Source of the DNA: Mayamaea pseudoterrestris
Taxonomy: Eukaryota
Reading direction: 5' to 3'
DNA length: 64,000 nt
Assembly (NCBI GenBank): GCA_027923505.1
Contig: BROI01000016.1
Span: 496,001-560,000 of the forward strand
In this document: one piece after another, positions 10,965 to 23,083 of the stretch
Layout: every line of letters starts with the position of its first letter
Numbering within the stretch: position 1 is the stretch's first letter
Notes under the pieces: generated by a model
Databases searched by the model: none
Told to the model about the DNA's origin: nothing
Seen by the model: only the letters and a program-made list of their open reading frames with translations
Translations under genes and position numbers: made by a program

Positions 10965-13361
10965 ATGATCGCTTCATCAGTCGCTAATTCCACCATGAGC
11001 ACGTCCGACATGGCTGTCACAGTAGCCTTTGAACCACCTCCAACGAAAAGTCTAACCGCTGGCAGTAGTATGCGACGCAAGGCCATTCTACTAGCGATTG
11101 TGAGTGCAGCGACACTCTGGTTTCAGTTGCCTCTACCTCAACTGATGACTCGAGAACTGTTTGTTATAAAGCTACCCGACGTTCGGTTGGATGTATCTGT
11201 TTATTCTAAACAAGAAAAAGATGCATCAACGCCTTCTGGATTTGTCGCCATTGACAAGAACGTATCGCGGAGTGTCTTTTACAACGTGTTCATTCCAGAC
11301 ACGGACGACGGCAAAAACAATACACTACGCATTGTTGAGGAACAGCTGCAACAAGTGGCTCAATCGTATGCGGTCACATCCATGGAGCAGCCCATGCCTG
11401 TCTTTTATCATACCGTTGGAGCTGCAAATGTGCTAACGAAGGAAAGTATGGCGTCCCTTTGCCCTGCTCCATTGGAATGCCATCATGTGCAACATCATTC
11501 CCAAGGATTCGAAGCCGTAACGTTAAATTCTCTTCGGGATTACTGCATTGAAAGACCAAATGTTACGGTCTCTTACATTCATTCCAAAGGATCCTACCAC
11601 AACATACCCTTGAATGAGCGATGGCGACGCATCCTCACAGATGCCGCCCTGAGCGAGCAATGCTATTCACACATGGGTACAGACTGCAACGTTTGCGGCG
11701 CCCAATTTTATGCAATTTGGTCTTACTTTTTTCCTGGAAACATGTGGACAGCTAATTGCGACTATGTAATGCAGCTGACAACTCCTGATTTTTTTGGAGC
11801 AACCATGTTGCAAGTTCGCAAGAGGTTTCTGTTACTGCGGCTCCGCAAACATATGACTACCGAGCAGATGACGTTTGAACAAATTACCGCTTTTGCGTTG
11901 GAGCGGTATGCCGATGAAATCTGGGTAGGCTCGCATCCAGACATTCGGCCGTGCGACTGCTTGCGCACGCGACAGCTTGCCGCACTCGTACAACCCGACC
12001 TGACACGATCCGACCTGGAGTTTTTCAAGGGGCTTCGCGACTATCAACCTGCCGTACGACCAGCGGTTGAAGAAACCATGAATGAAACGGAGGCGCGCAT
12101 GCGAGACTTTTTTGTGTTCTCCGGAATGCTTATGAAATGGTACACCCTACATGGTCGGGCGCCAGACCCATCGTCGTGGGTGTGGACGCATAATCCGGAT
12201 GGCGCCTTTTGGCTTGACAAGGTAGAGCAATTTGGTGAAAAGGCAATTGAGGAAGTAATGGGGCTGCCATTGGCCGCGCCAATACTGTTTGCGCCAACAA
12301 ATTCATCAAGTGTGTTTGCAGATGTGGGCAAACGACGCGAGACAACATTTGTCTTTTTTGATGCCCACATACCATCTACCATTTCAAGTAGAAATTTTGT
12401 TCGTGAAATGGAGTCAATCAATCAACTGGTCGTACACGTAAAAGGTTTGGCAGAATCATTGGATCGAAAAGTAATAATGCTTTACAATACAATCGATGAC
12501 GAAGTTTTGACGCAAGATTTGTCTCATTGTGCGGCAACTAATTCTGATTTTCAGTGTCTCCCGCTATCTCAAAACACTAGTCAGTACGAAGGAGAAACGC
12601 TGCGCCAGTTATTCATGTTTTGCCAAGAAAATCCATCACAGAGTGTCTCCTACATTCACAATCGCGTCCCGAAAGACCTTGCCAAGTCAAGCATTGACGT
12701 GAAACGCCGCTTTTCGCGTCACATGGCAATGGCGGTCATGTCGTCGCAATGCGCTGAATCCTTGACGGAGCAATGCAACGTGTGCGGCCTCAAGTTGGAG
12801 ACAATGCCTCATCCTGAATTATACGAAAACATGTTTTCAGCCAAATGTGATTACGTTAACAAACTACTGCCACCGAATATATATGTGGAAAGGATGGAGT
12901 CGCACATTGCTGATGTGCTTCATCAAATGCTGGCAAAAAGGTTCAACGCAGGGATTCAAAAGGCCTCACCAAAGAATCTTGGTTTGGGAGAGCACTCGTT
13001 GAGCTATTGGATTGGCAGTCACCCCGACTTGATGCCTTGCGACTTGACAGATCAATCGCTAAAGTATTGGACAATGGAGAATCGCACGAGCAATGACTTT
13101 TCCGCGGCATCGATGCGCCGTCAAATACCACATTCCTGGAAGTACGATGCATTGGCCGTTGCAAACGTGACGGCAGATCCCAGTCTTTCTCTACGCGAAA
13201 TTCAGTATCTACCCGGCCAGGTGTTCCGGTGGCACAATCTTTATCACAAAATGCCAGACAGCTCGTCGCCCATTTATCAGTTGTACCCCAGTGGCCAAGT
13301 GTGGTCCGAATGTATGGAACGAAACAGCGGCGGACTGGACTGCTTTAATGAGATACTGTAA
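10965..13361 (+). CDS. Uncharacterised type II membrane protein with two tandem ~400-aa homologous Cys-containing domains (possibly glycan-modifying)
   Basis: Long ORF with a signal-anchor (AILLAIVSAATLWFQL). Duplicated motifs VSYIH, CNVCG, NMxxAxCDYV and WxGSHPDxxPCD. Start codon uncertain. Confidence 0.8.
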   Translation: MIASSVANSTMSTSDMAVTVAFEPPPTKSLTAGSSMRRKAILLAIVSAATLWFQLPLPQLMTRELFVIKLPDVRLDVSVYSKQEKDASTPSGFVAIDKNVSRSVFYNVFIPDTDDGKNNTLRIVEEQLQQVAQSYAVTSMEQPMPVFYHTVGAANVLTKESMASLCPAPLECHHVQHHSQGFEAVTLNSLRDYCIERPNVTVSYIHSKGSYHNIPLNERWRRILTDAALSEQCYSHMGTDCNVCGAQFYAIWSYFFPGNMWTANCDYVMQLTTPDFFGATMLQVRKRFLLLRLRKHMTTEQMTFEQITAFALERYADEIWVGSHPDIRPCDCLRTRQLAALVQPDLTRSDLEFFKGLRDYQPAVRPAVEETMNETEARMRDFFVFSGMLMKWYTLHGRAPDPSSWVWTHNPDGAFWLDKVEQFGEKAIEEVMGLPLAAPILFAPTNSSSVFADVGKRRETTFVFFDAHIPSTISSRNFVREMESINQLVVHVKGLAESLDRKVIMLYNTIDDEVLTQDLSHCAATNSDFQCLPLSQNTSQYEGETLRQLFMFCQENPSQSVSYIHNRVPKDLAKSSIDVKRRFSRHMAMAVMSSQCAESLTEQCNVCGLKLETMPHPELYENMFSAKCDYVNKLLPPNIYVERMESHIADVLHQMLAKRFNAGIQKASPKNLGLGEHSLSYWIGSHPDLMPCDLTDQSLKYWTMENRTSNDFSAASMRRQIPHSWKYDALAVANVTADPSLSLREIQYLPGQVFRWHNLYHKMPDSSSPIYQLYPSGQVWSECMERNSGGLDCFNEIL

Positions 13362-13772
13362 ACTATTGTCATGTAAAGGTTATGATAAACCTTCTTGCAT
13401 TATTTTTCTTGTCCTACGTAGTACTGAGTACAGTACTATACGAATGATGGCGCCAAGATAGCATACGTCGTTGCGGTACTACATTTGTAGGCTAAATATT
13501 TCGACGACACGACTTGAAAACGCGCATGCGGCTTTGCGACCATGAGGATTCCGACAAAATTGACCCGGCCAAATCCTAATTGACCCTTTCGCCGATCGAG
13601 ACCTTCTTGAATACTCGTCGGCAGCTTCTCTTGAATACTGAATGCCAAAGTCTCTGCGTCGTTTCAGCGTCTCAAGCAAAACTACCAACGAGTTTGAGCA
13701 GCAGCTTGAACGAAGGAAGATACAACAACTAACTGCAAGCAATTAGCAATTTAAAACAACTAAATTTCCATC

Positions 13773-16640
13773 ATGCAGCAGCGCCGCTCTCCAACGACCA
13801 TGGACAACTTGCGGTCCTCGTCGAATGAGTCGCCCTCGATGAATCCTGCCGACGACATAACGGACGACGATTCATCGCATCCAGTGTCGCTGTCCAGTCT
13901 CCAAAATCACGAGCTGCTGCAACTCGACGCTGATGACAGTCATGACGACAATGACGACCAGCGACAGAAGCAAGCTGCTACATTAGCGAATGAGCAGACG
14001 ACGCTGACGCCTCCGCGATATAATGATCAGCAAGAAAAGAAACGGAACATTATCATGAGCAGCGATCCAAACGGCGAACATGGTGCTGCACCAAATAAAA
14101 AGGATTCAAAGCTGCAGCCATATTCCATTTGTCAGCATGCGAATGAAGCCAAAGCGACTGGAAACAATATGAAGAATGTCATTGGTTTGGAGCATGTCAA
14201 TGGAACTGAATCAAAGGCGACGCTTCCGCAAAATCTTGATACTAGCGCAAGTACAACGACTACAACCACCATGGATGCATCAACTGCCACCGCTTCCACC
14301 TCTTCTTTTTCGTCATTATCAAACTCTAGCATGGCTGCTCCACCACCGCCCGTGGCGTCGTTGCATCGCATGTCGAGCACGCCGGGAGCCTTTGCGGCGG
14401 GTGGAAGTCTCGCCACGTCCACGCGCGAGCAGCGGCAGCGGTTGACGAATCCCGATGACGACGAAAATATGCATGATAGTACGAATGCAACAGTATTGTC
14501 TCGCAGTTCGAGTCATTCGCCGAGCAATATAGAGCAATCTCCACTCGACACGACCAGCGAAGTGTTGATTCAAGCCACATTGGTGACGGATCGCGACTTG
14601 GAATCCAGCGGCAAACCAGGGCCACTGTTAATGGCGGAGCCGCTCGAGGAGAAGCCAAAACTTTGGTTTCAACACTTTTGGGGCCGCGTGTGCGTTTTGG
14701 TTAGTTGCTTAATGGCGCTGGCGCTCATTGTAGGCTTGACGGCAAGTTTGGTGCAGCAACAAAACAATAATATCAAAAACAATTCCAATTCGACGCAAGA
14801 CTACTGGGACGTGATTGGCCGCTTTCGAACGACGAAAAAGCAAGCCTACTACGTGGTGGTGTTTGGGTCGGCGACGGATTGTTTCGACTATGACGCCCCA
14901 AAATTGACGCTGCAGTGTGGAGACTCCAACGAAGAGAGTTTGATCTTGCTGCTGGACGATGACACTAATGCAAACAATGACGATGACGAGAATAGTGACG
15001 CTGCGCAGAATGATGCATCGTCTCGGTCAACCAATAGCAGTGCTGGCAATGCCACTAATGCTGGTGGCCGGCGACGAATGCTGCGACTCCTTAGCTCTGG
15101 CAACGTTACGAATCTGGATGTTTCACAGCAATCAACATTGAATACTTCGTGCGATCGAACTAGCTACACTGATTTGCAGTGTTCCTTTTCGCTCGATGTT
15201 GGAAATGATAGCAAGTCGACCGAAGGTGGTCGGTTACCATCGAGTGACAGCGGATTTGGCGACGGAATCCCTGAGAATACTGCAAGCAGTAACGCGACAA
15301 CTGACGATCAGTTGATTAATGGAACTGGCATGATGCCAACCGTCTCTCTCAAGCCAGTGTTTCCCGGATCGGAACGTCGCTTGCTGCTCGCTTGTGCCGG
15401 CAAGTCGGAAGCAGATGTAATTCTTCACGCTTCCTTGGATCGGTCGGATGCCTCGCGATGCAGCACGCCATTCTACGCCGACACGAAAGCGCAATACTTT
15501 GGCGGCGCTGTTTCCACTTACTTGACGGTTGGTCAAATTTGTCGCGACGGCGATGCGTGGAGGCTCGATGGATCGTCGTCCAAGTGCCAGGCGGGTGACT
15601 CCTTTGACGCGGATCCGCTCAGGTACTGCCACTCATCCAAAGCTTGCGTCGCCTCGCAAGTATGTGCACTTGGCGACCTTGACTGTCCAGCGTTTACATG
15701 TGACATGAACATTGGAAACATGAAGGAAACCACTGGCAGCTCCCAGTGTGTATTGCCGGTTCCTGGTAATTTTGGTGATCCGACGAGTCAACTTCGCGAC
15801 ACTGTCACGGCAGAGGTTCCCTTTCGCGAAGATGTTTTGGATGAAACGTACGCGAGTTTGTTAGACCCAACATCCACTGAGTTGGACATGCCGGATCCGG
15901 ACGAAATTTTGTTGTCAAAGAAAAGGCTGCAGGCCAACTTTGCCATTGGATGGGGTTCAACATCTACTTGTGACGATCGTATGGGACCCAGCGCGTGGAT
16001 TGACTGTGGAGCGGATAATGTTGTGGCGGTTTTAGACAGCAACGGGACCGACTGTTTGCGCGTCAATGCCAGTCATGTTTACTGTGCGAGCCAAGATTTG
16101 CAAATAGAAGTGAAAGTGCTCGTTGCATGCGGTGCAAATGACGTGGAAGGTTTGCACGCGTCTGCATTTTTGGAGGAACAACTGGACTCATCGAGCTGCT
16201 CGAATTTCTTCTACGCTGATTCTGAATCGTCCATTTTTGGTGGCGGTAGCGCCAACTACTTATCAATGGGTCGCTTTTGCAAAAAATCAAGCGGCAGTGG
16301 CTGGAAACTAGAGACTGCTGTATCCACATGCAGATCGGGCCAACAATTTACATCATCTAGCAGCGATCAATCGTTTTGCTATTCGACAGGCGTCTGCTCT
16401 ACAGCACATACATGTGGAAATTTCGACGAAAACTGTACGGACGTAGACCACTGCCAAGCGCTCGCTGGTGATATTGACATGAAACTTGATTTGAATGACT
16501 CAACTTGTTCAAGTAATGTCGGAGAGAACGCTGCCGTGAGCACTGTCATGTGGCCGCTGGTGAACTTGCAGTTGAGGAGCGGCCTCAGCTTTATAGAAGG
16601 TGCCTTGTCAGTTTCGATCAGTGCAGTATTGCAGCCGTAA
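13773..16640 (+). CDS. Uncharacterised type II membrane protein with two Cys-rich extracellular repeats
   Basis: 955-aa ORF with a disordered N-terminus containing PGAF and a TM segment (VCVLVSCLMALALIVGLTASLV). Repeated FYADxxxxxFGGxxxxYLxxGxxC...WxL. Confidence 0.8.
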   Translation: MQQRRSPTTMDNLRSSSNESPSMNPADDITDDDSSHPVSLSSLQNHELLQLDADDSHDDNDDQRQKQAATLANEQTTLTPPRYNDQQEKKRNIIMSSDPNGEHGAAPNKKDSKLQPYSICQHANEAKATGNNMKNVIGLEHVNGTESKATLPQNLDTSASTTTTTTMDASTATASTSSFSSLSNSSMAAPPPPVASLHRMSSTPGAFAAGGSLATSTREQRQRLTNPDDDENMHDSTNATVLSRSSSHSPSNIEQSPLDTTSEVLIQATLVTDRDLESSGKPGPLLMAEPLEEKPKLWFQHFWGRVCVLVSCLMALALIVGLTASLVQQQNNNIKNNSNSTQDYWDVIGRFRTTKKQAYYVVVFGSATDCFDYDAPKLTLQCGDSNEESLILLLDDDTNANNDDDENSDAAQNDASSRSTNSSAGNATNAGGRRRMLRLLSSGNVTNLDVSQQSTLNTSCDRTSYTDLQCSFSLDVGNDSKSTEGGRLPSSDSGFGDGIPENTASSNATTDDQLINGTGMMPTVSLKPVFPGSERRLLLACAGKSEADVILHASLDRSDASRCSTPFYADTKAQYFGGAVSTYLTVGQICRDGDAWRLDGSSSKCQAGDSFDADPLRYCHSSKACVASQVCALGDLDCPAFTCDMNIGNMKETTGSSQCVLPVPGNFGDPTSQLRDTVTAEVPFREDVLDETYASLLDPTSTELDMPDPDEILLSKKRLQANFAIGWGSTSTCDDRMGPSAWIDCGADNVVAVLDSNGTDCLRVNASHVYCASQDLQIEVKVLVACGANDVEGLHASAFLEEQLDSSSCSNFFYADSESSIFGGGSANYLSMGRFCKKSSGSGWKLETAVSTCRSGQQFTSSSSDQSFCYSTGVCSTAHTCGNFDENCTDVDHCQALAGDIDMKLDLNDSTCSSNVGENAAVSTVMWPLVNLQLRSGLSFIEGALSVSISAVLQP

Positions 16641-16857
16641 TCATGTACATATTGACTGCATCTGAAGGTTGTCGACGTTTCATATGCTTTGAGCTAGGTG
16701 AATCGTCAGTTACTTTTTCAAATCTAAATGATGCTGATCATTGCTAATACGACCGGTGGGTTTAACGACTTACGCGATTGGCTTGCTTTTAGCGTATGTC
16801 AAACTACGACGAAAGATCATTTATTTTCAACTGTTACAAAGATCACAATTTTAAAAA

Positions 16858-19800
16858 TTATTTACGGGTACGCTTGACACACTTTCCCAGTTTGCACCAG
16901 AAATTATTCGCGCATTGCGAGTTGCGTAAGCACTTGCCTCCGCGCGAGATAGCAGCCTTGCAGGTTCGCTGGGAAAGTGCTGGCCCGTCGCAGGTGTTAC
17001 TCGATCCGCAGCAGTCGAGTGCCTTGCGACAAGGCTGGCGGAATGTCTTACAACCCGATTTGTCCTGACTGCATGTGATGCTCAAGCCCGAATAACTCTC
17101 GCTAGCGTAGACGGTGGCATAGACAGTTGTGTCCATTGAAATGACTTGGGTCTCGCACACCTCGTTAGACATGCTAGGAGTACTGGCTTCGCAGTCGTTT
17201 CGACCTGACAATGGGTGCGCCATACCTCCCTGTCGCACGTACAAGTCCGCGTCACCATTAGTGCCTTCAATGTGACATTCCATTTTTGCACCCCGGAGTA
17301 CGTTTGCCAGTTGATAGACGCGAATGATCGAGTCTGTGCTATCGACCCCATCCTGATTTGGCAATGCGACTCCATCCGATAAACTGACTGTCGGACGCTT
17401 TTTGCCACAAACGACTTCCATGTTTTCTGGTTCGGGATCATTAGTGAGATCTCGCACAGCATACACCCTCGCATATACCTCTGTGCTGACCTCAGCCGCA
17501 TCGGATAAACATTCTGCAAAGTTGGTGTCGTAAGGAACACTTGAGGCACAAGCTAGCCTGGAATCGGTCGCGTCTGCCGGTCGTCCAAAGTAGATGCTGA
17601 GCCCTGTGTGAAGGTGCTTGCTCCCCTTCACAAAACATGACACTTGTTCGCTCGCCTCAAGAGGGACGTCCAGTGTGTAATAGTATATATACTCCACGCC
17701 AATGTCTTGGGTGAAGATGTTAGCTTCAGGTTGCACCACCCAGTTCGAGATGGCGGTCACTCGTTGTGGCTCGACCGTGCAAGTCAGAGTCACCCCTTCA
17801 AAGCCCGCGCTATAGGCAAAAAATGAGAGCCTCATGTTCGAATAATCTATCCCGCTTAAGGTCTGCATAGTGAATTCAGCAACTCCTTGATTATATCGAC
17901 CTTCGTCAATGATATCGTAGTTGTAGTCAAAAGCGGACTTGTCGTCAACAAAGCTGACCTCCACAACAGAAGGAATAACATCCGGTGCTTCAATGGAACA
18001 TTTCACGGAAGCCAGGGCTGGAATGTTGGTATACAAACAGGATAGACTGGCATCAATTTTTGCTCGTAATTCTGTCGCAGGTACTCCGTTTTGAATGATA
18101 TTCCAGGCCGAGTCAACCGATGCGCAAGAAAGCTTCAAGTTGTTGAAAGACGAGTAAGCCGAAATAATGATTGACGCAGTTGTCATGTGATCAGAAGGAC
18201 CAACTGCACATGCTTCCACCGAGCCGAAATCTTCCGTCAGGCAGGAGGGAATAGAATCGGTCGCAAAGTATGGACCATTAATTTCCATATAAAGGTCCGC
18301 ATCCCCGTTGTCGCCTTCAAGCGTGCAAGAAAGCAATTTGCCAGCAAGAAGACCCACGTAAAGAAAACTCAGTGTGTCTCCCTTTTCAGCGGACAATCCA
18401 ACTATCGGTATACCATCACTGACCACTGCAGGCCTGCATCCAACTGCGTCCCACGCCGCCTCAACGTTGGTCGCGAATGCGCCAGCATGAAGCAAGGTGC
18501 ATTCTCGAATTTCGTAGAACCCTGATGCGGGAGTCAAGCAAGCGGTATTAGCCATGTAAAAAATATTGGCAGCAGCTAGCAGAGAAGTGTCAAAGTTGGG
18601 ATGAATCGCTGGAACAACAATATCCGTCATCCCGCGCGGATGCGTGCCGCCTTGCACCATGAGAACGAATGCCAAGCTGACAATGCCAGAGTTCCAGTGC
18701 ACGCCGCCATTATCATCATCACCTTGATACCTATCCGGATAGTAATCGGTCTCGCCCTCACCAGTCCTTGTCGGGTCATTCAAATAGCGCAAAGCGTCAC
18801 CTTTCATGCCAGGTGTCCATACCTCTTCCCCAAGCAGCCACGTATTTTTGACCGATGCACCTTCTTGACGATCCATGCAGGCGCCCATAATGTCGGATAT
18901 AGCCTCATTCAAAGCTCCGCTGTCACCATAACCTATAAGTCCCGAGGTGTAATCCGTGACGCCGTGGCTGTTCAATGAAACGAATGAAGTGGTAAGGAGC
19001 GTTGTCGATATAGCTTTCAACTGACGTAAGCTTACTCACGTATACTCATGCCCCACGACATCAAGCGCACGGGAGAGTGGATTGAGCAGTTCACCGTCAC
19101 CATCTCCATACTGTAAGGCGTATCCATCCCATGCCGCATTGTTATAGTTCCTTCCAACGTGCACCTGCGAAACAATTTCAATACCTTGGTCGTCAAGAGA
19201 GTCGCGCCCAAAGTTGCGACGATAGAATTTATATGCAATTCGTGCATTGTTGTGAGCGTCATTGATAACCTTGTCGCGCGTCTTGATCACTCTGTTGCTC
19301 GTGCTGACAACCTTGCATCTGTATGTATTGAAAGAATTATTGCAATTTTCCGTGCGGAGCGCCATGGCGCCCATGACCTGCGGGCGAGTGGCGACAATGT
19401 CGCCCGTGACGACGGATGCGTAGAGTAGCGTTTTTTGGTAGAGTCCCTGCGCTGGCTGATATCCAATCATGCGCACCCACGCCTTGTGAGCGTCTCCGTG
19501 CCTGCCGTCAATGACAATCTTGGTGTCGCAATCGGTGAGCCACGTCGCAGCAGTTTGATACTTTGGATTCTCCAGAATGCCATTGAATGCCTGCTCACAG
19601 GTCACTTTTTCGTTCATATCGACGCTTCCATCCGTTACAAATTCTCCATGAATGGCGTACACTTGGTTGTCCTCATTCAAGTGCATGACAATCGCCGCGT
19701 CCACAACCTCCAAACCTTGGTAGGTTTGCTCGTACCGCAGATGTTTGTGATTTTGCTGGTCCGCCACCATTCGATTCTTGTGCTTGCCGGGACGAATGCT

Positions 19801-20174
19801 TTCGCGCCCCGTCGCTCCAGATCGTTCCTGCAAGACGGTTGTCAACGTTTCTAATGCAGCAGAAAGTAGTTGATTGGCATTCACGGATTCGCCCGAGATG
19901 GAGGGATTACTCTCATTTTCTGGTGCTTGAACAGTTCCAAGACTTCCCTGGAAAAATATGGAGCCGCTCTTTTTGGAAAGCGTCTGGGCCACGGCAACAT
20001 GGGGCGTGACAAAGGCCAACCAAGCCAGAATGCGGGGAATATTGGAGGTGCGAAACGTCCCCGCTGTCCTAGTATTTCCAAATATGACGAGCACGATGCT
20101 GGTGAGTGTTATCCATTTTGCTTGTCAGACACTTTATATCGTTCCACGGCTTGCGTTACTTACCTGGTCCTCAT
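16858..20174 (-). CDS. Secreted thermolysin-family (peptidase M4) zinc metalloprotease A, copy 1: propeptide, catalytic domain, 4 PPC-like domains, 10-Cys tail
   Basis: FTP-type propeptide (HLRYEQTYQG), NNAAWDG, YGDGDG, HEYTH (formed after splicing intron 18968-19039), GALNEAISD, GGVHWNSGI and GDADLY. Likely 11-nt first exon 20174-20164 (ATGAGGACCAG|GTAAGT), with exon 2 starting at 20098 or 20068. Confidence 0.92.
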
Positions 20175-20606
20175 GTTGTTTATGTTGTTGATGAACAAGA
20201 AAAAGTGTCGGATGGCAGCTCGATTCAATCGTGTCAAATCTGTGATTTTTTGTGTGGCCGGCTGTTTTCATGATGTAAATAGGAAAGGTTTTGCCAATTC
20301 ATGATCGGAAATGACTTTTCCGACCCATCATGCGCGCACCAAGGAAACGTCATCATGTCGTAGCAGTTTTACAAGTTGGTTGCCGTGCTCTCGAAGCCTT
20401 GGAAACGCATCATGGCCGCTCCTTTTTCGTCTTCCATCCATCGTCACGAAACGTTGAAGCTTGCCGCACACAATTCTTTTGGAAGCAACCTTGACCAATA
20501 TTGCTATCTTTTGCTCGAGACGCTCCAGTAGAGACGAGAACTCAATCAACGAGAACCAGGAGGAATCGCTGTCTGTTTTTGAATTAAAATAAAACGCAAC
20601 GCCACC

Positions 20607-22679
20607 ATGCTTCAGTACGACAATTCAGCCTTTTACTTTTTCCTGCTGAGCATGCTCAGCTTTTATTTGATTCCATGTACGTTTTCGTATTGTATTTTTG
20701 AAAGAGATGGATGGTGAAAGATGCTGCATGAGAAATATGCGCAGGCGAGATGTTCCATGCAGCGCCAAGGCAATATTGCGACGCGATGGATTGTCATCGT
20801 TTACAATCATTTGCCGCTTTTGTCTTCTCACTCGCTCATTACATGATACAATTTGATTGCAGCATGGTACGGCATTCTATCCAGAGTCTACAGAATTCTT
20901 TCGGCGAGCGACAAGGAGATTGGAGCCGTGACTCGAACGACTGCCGAACAAAAAAAGGCCGAGCAGCTCAAGAAGGAAACCAAGGGTTTGACGCAACTTT
21001 TGACGCGCAGCTTTTTAACCAATCTTGCCGTGACAGTCATTTTGACTCTAGTATTCTTGTGGCTACTATACAAGGTGACTTCGGATGAAGGTCAAGTCAA
21101 CTCGTTTGATCCATTCACCATTTTGGAGATTGACTCCGGCGCCGACTCTAAAATTATCAAAAAGGCCTACCGCCGCCTATCGCTCGTCTACCATCCCGAC
21201 AAGAATCCCGGCGATCGGGCGGCTGCCGCAAAATTCATCATGGTCAAGAAAGCGTACGAGTCACTGACGGATGAAACTGCCAAGGAGAATTGGGAAAAGT
21301 ATGGAAACCCAGACGGCAAGCAGAGTTTGGAGGTGAGCATTGGATTGCCAGCGTTTTTGCTCGATACCAACTACCGCAACTTGGTGTTAGTCGCGTATTT
21401 GATCATCATGGTGGTGGTCATTCCATTGGCAGTATGGACATACTACTCCGACTCGAGTCAGTATGGCGAAAAGGATGTCATGTACGATACCTACTCGTGG
21501 TTTCATCACGCACTTTCGGACAGTTCGCCGGTGAGGTCGCTGCCCGAGTCACTGGCCGGCGCCGCCGAGTTTCGCACGCGCAACAAGCCAACGGATGCGG
21601 GTGAGCGCAAGGAGATTGCCGATTTGATGCAAAAGGATATCAAGGCGAGCATGACCAAGCCGAAATTTAATCATCCTGTGGTTGTCAAGGGAAATTTGTT
21701 ATTGCATGCGCACTTGCTGCGCAAATCAAATTTACTCAGTCCCAAGCTACAAGACGATTTAAAGTACATGCTGCGATGCTCGAATTCATTAATTGAAGCC
21801 ATGATTTCCGTCTGCAAGCATCAAGAGTGGCTCAACACTGCAATTCAATGCATTGAGTTTGGCCAGTGCGTCGCCCAAGCCATGTGGTCCAAGGACAGTC
21901 CACTGCTGCAGCTTCCGCACTTTACACAAGAGGAAGTCAAGCACTGCGAAAATGGCAAGGTCAAGATAACATCCATCAAGCAATACAAGGAGCTGCCGGA
22001 CGACCAAAAGAAGGGAATGAATGACTTTACCGACGCGCAAAAGAGAGATGTTGCGCAGTATCTCAACATTTTCCCCGACATTACTGTTGAAACGAGAGTT
22101 TACACGGACGACGACGAAGATCCAGCCGTGTACGAGGGCGATTTGGTCACGGTGGAGGTGACTCTGACACGCAACAATCTTGCACCCGGCGAAAAGGCGG
22201 GTCTCGTGCACGCTCCATTCTTTCCGTTTCCCAAGAAGGAGTCTTGGTGGGTCATGCTTGGTCAGCTGCATGCTGGCAAGATTGTTTCGATTGAACAATT
22301 GTCCAACCCGAACCAGAAAGTCGTGCACAAGATCAAGTTCCAGGCCCCACCCAAGGGTACATATGTTTTTGATCTGGTTATCAAATCGAACGCCTACGTT
22401 GGATGCGACGCGCAGGTCAAGGTTGACATGGAGACGAAGGACGCATCTACATTACCTGAATACAAGGTGCACGCCGAAGATGCGGAGCTTGATGACGAGC
22501 CCACATTGTTTGAGGAGATGCTGAATGCGAATATCGAGCGCGACAGTGACGACGAGGATTCCGACGATGAGGACGAAGACGCAGACAATGGCCAGGCCAT
22601 GAGTGCAGCAGACAAGAAGAAGGAGCAGTTACGAAAAGCACGACAGGACGATGACGACGATGATTCGGATAGTGACTAA
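20607..22679 (+). CDS. SEC63: ER translocon subunit Sec63 (J-domain + Sec63/Brl domain), copy 1
   Basis: Exon 1 (20607-20676) reads MLQYDNSAFYFFLL; intron 20677-20862. FDPFTILEI, HPDKN, YGNPDG, IGLPAFL, HAPFFPFPKKESWW and an acidic tail. Confidence 0.95.
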
Positions 22680-23083
22680 TTAGTATGTATGTTTGCGTTT
22701 GCTTCATTCCATTCTTTCGCGCATAGTACTATAGCTTGAAACATTTGATAGAACTATGCAGCATTTACTAAAGCATAGGGTGTATGATGCGTACAAAAAC
22801 GTTCCAGCAGACTATGATCGAGACCATTCTGACTGGAGCAAAGATAATCTCACCAGCACCTATCCATTAGTGATGATTGATGCACTACAGGACGTAGGGC
22901 AGTCGATGCTTGCGCAACTTCTTCAGAATCTATGCAGTGTTGTGCTCGCCGCCGAAAGTCAACAGGCGCATCGCGCAGCTAAGGCGCACAACGCTTCATG
23001 ACGCAAGATTGCCGACAAAATTTGCCAGCAATTACTTTAATCTATTACGAAACGCATTGTCACTACAATGTTTCTCTAATAAT

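Noticed and set aside
22756..23001. 81-aa ORF and C/D-box-like words (ATGATG, CTGA) downstream of SEC63
   Set aside because: The boxes are imperfect, with no terminal stem or recognisable rRNA guide. The region is most simply the convergent 3' UTRs.
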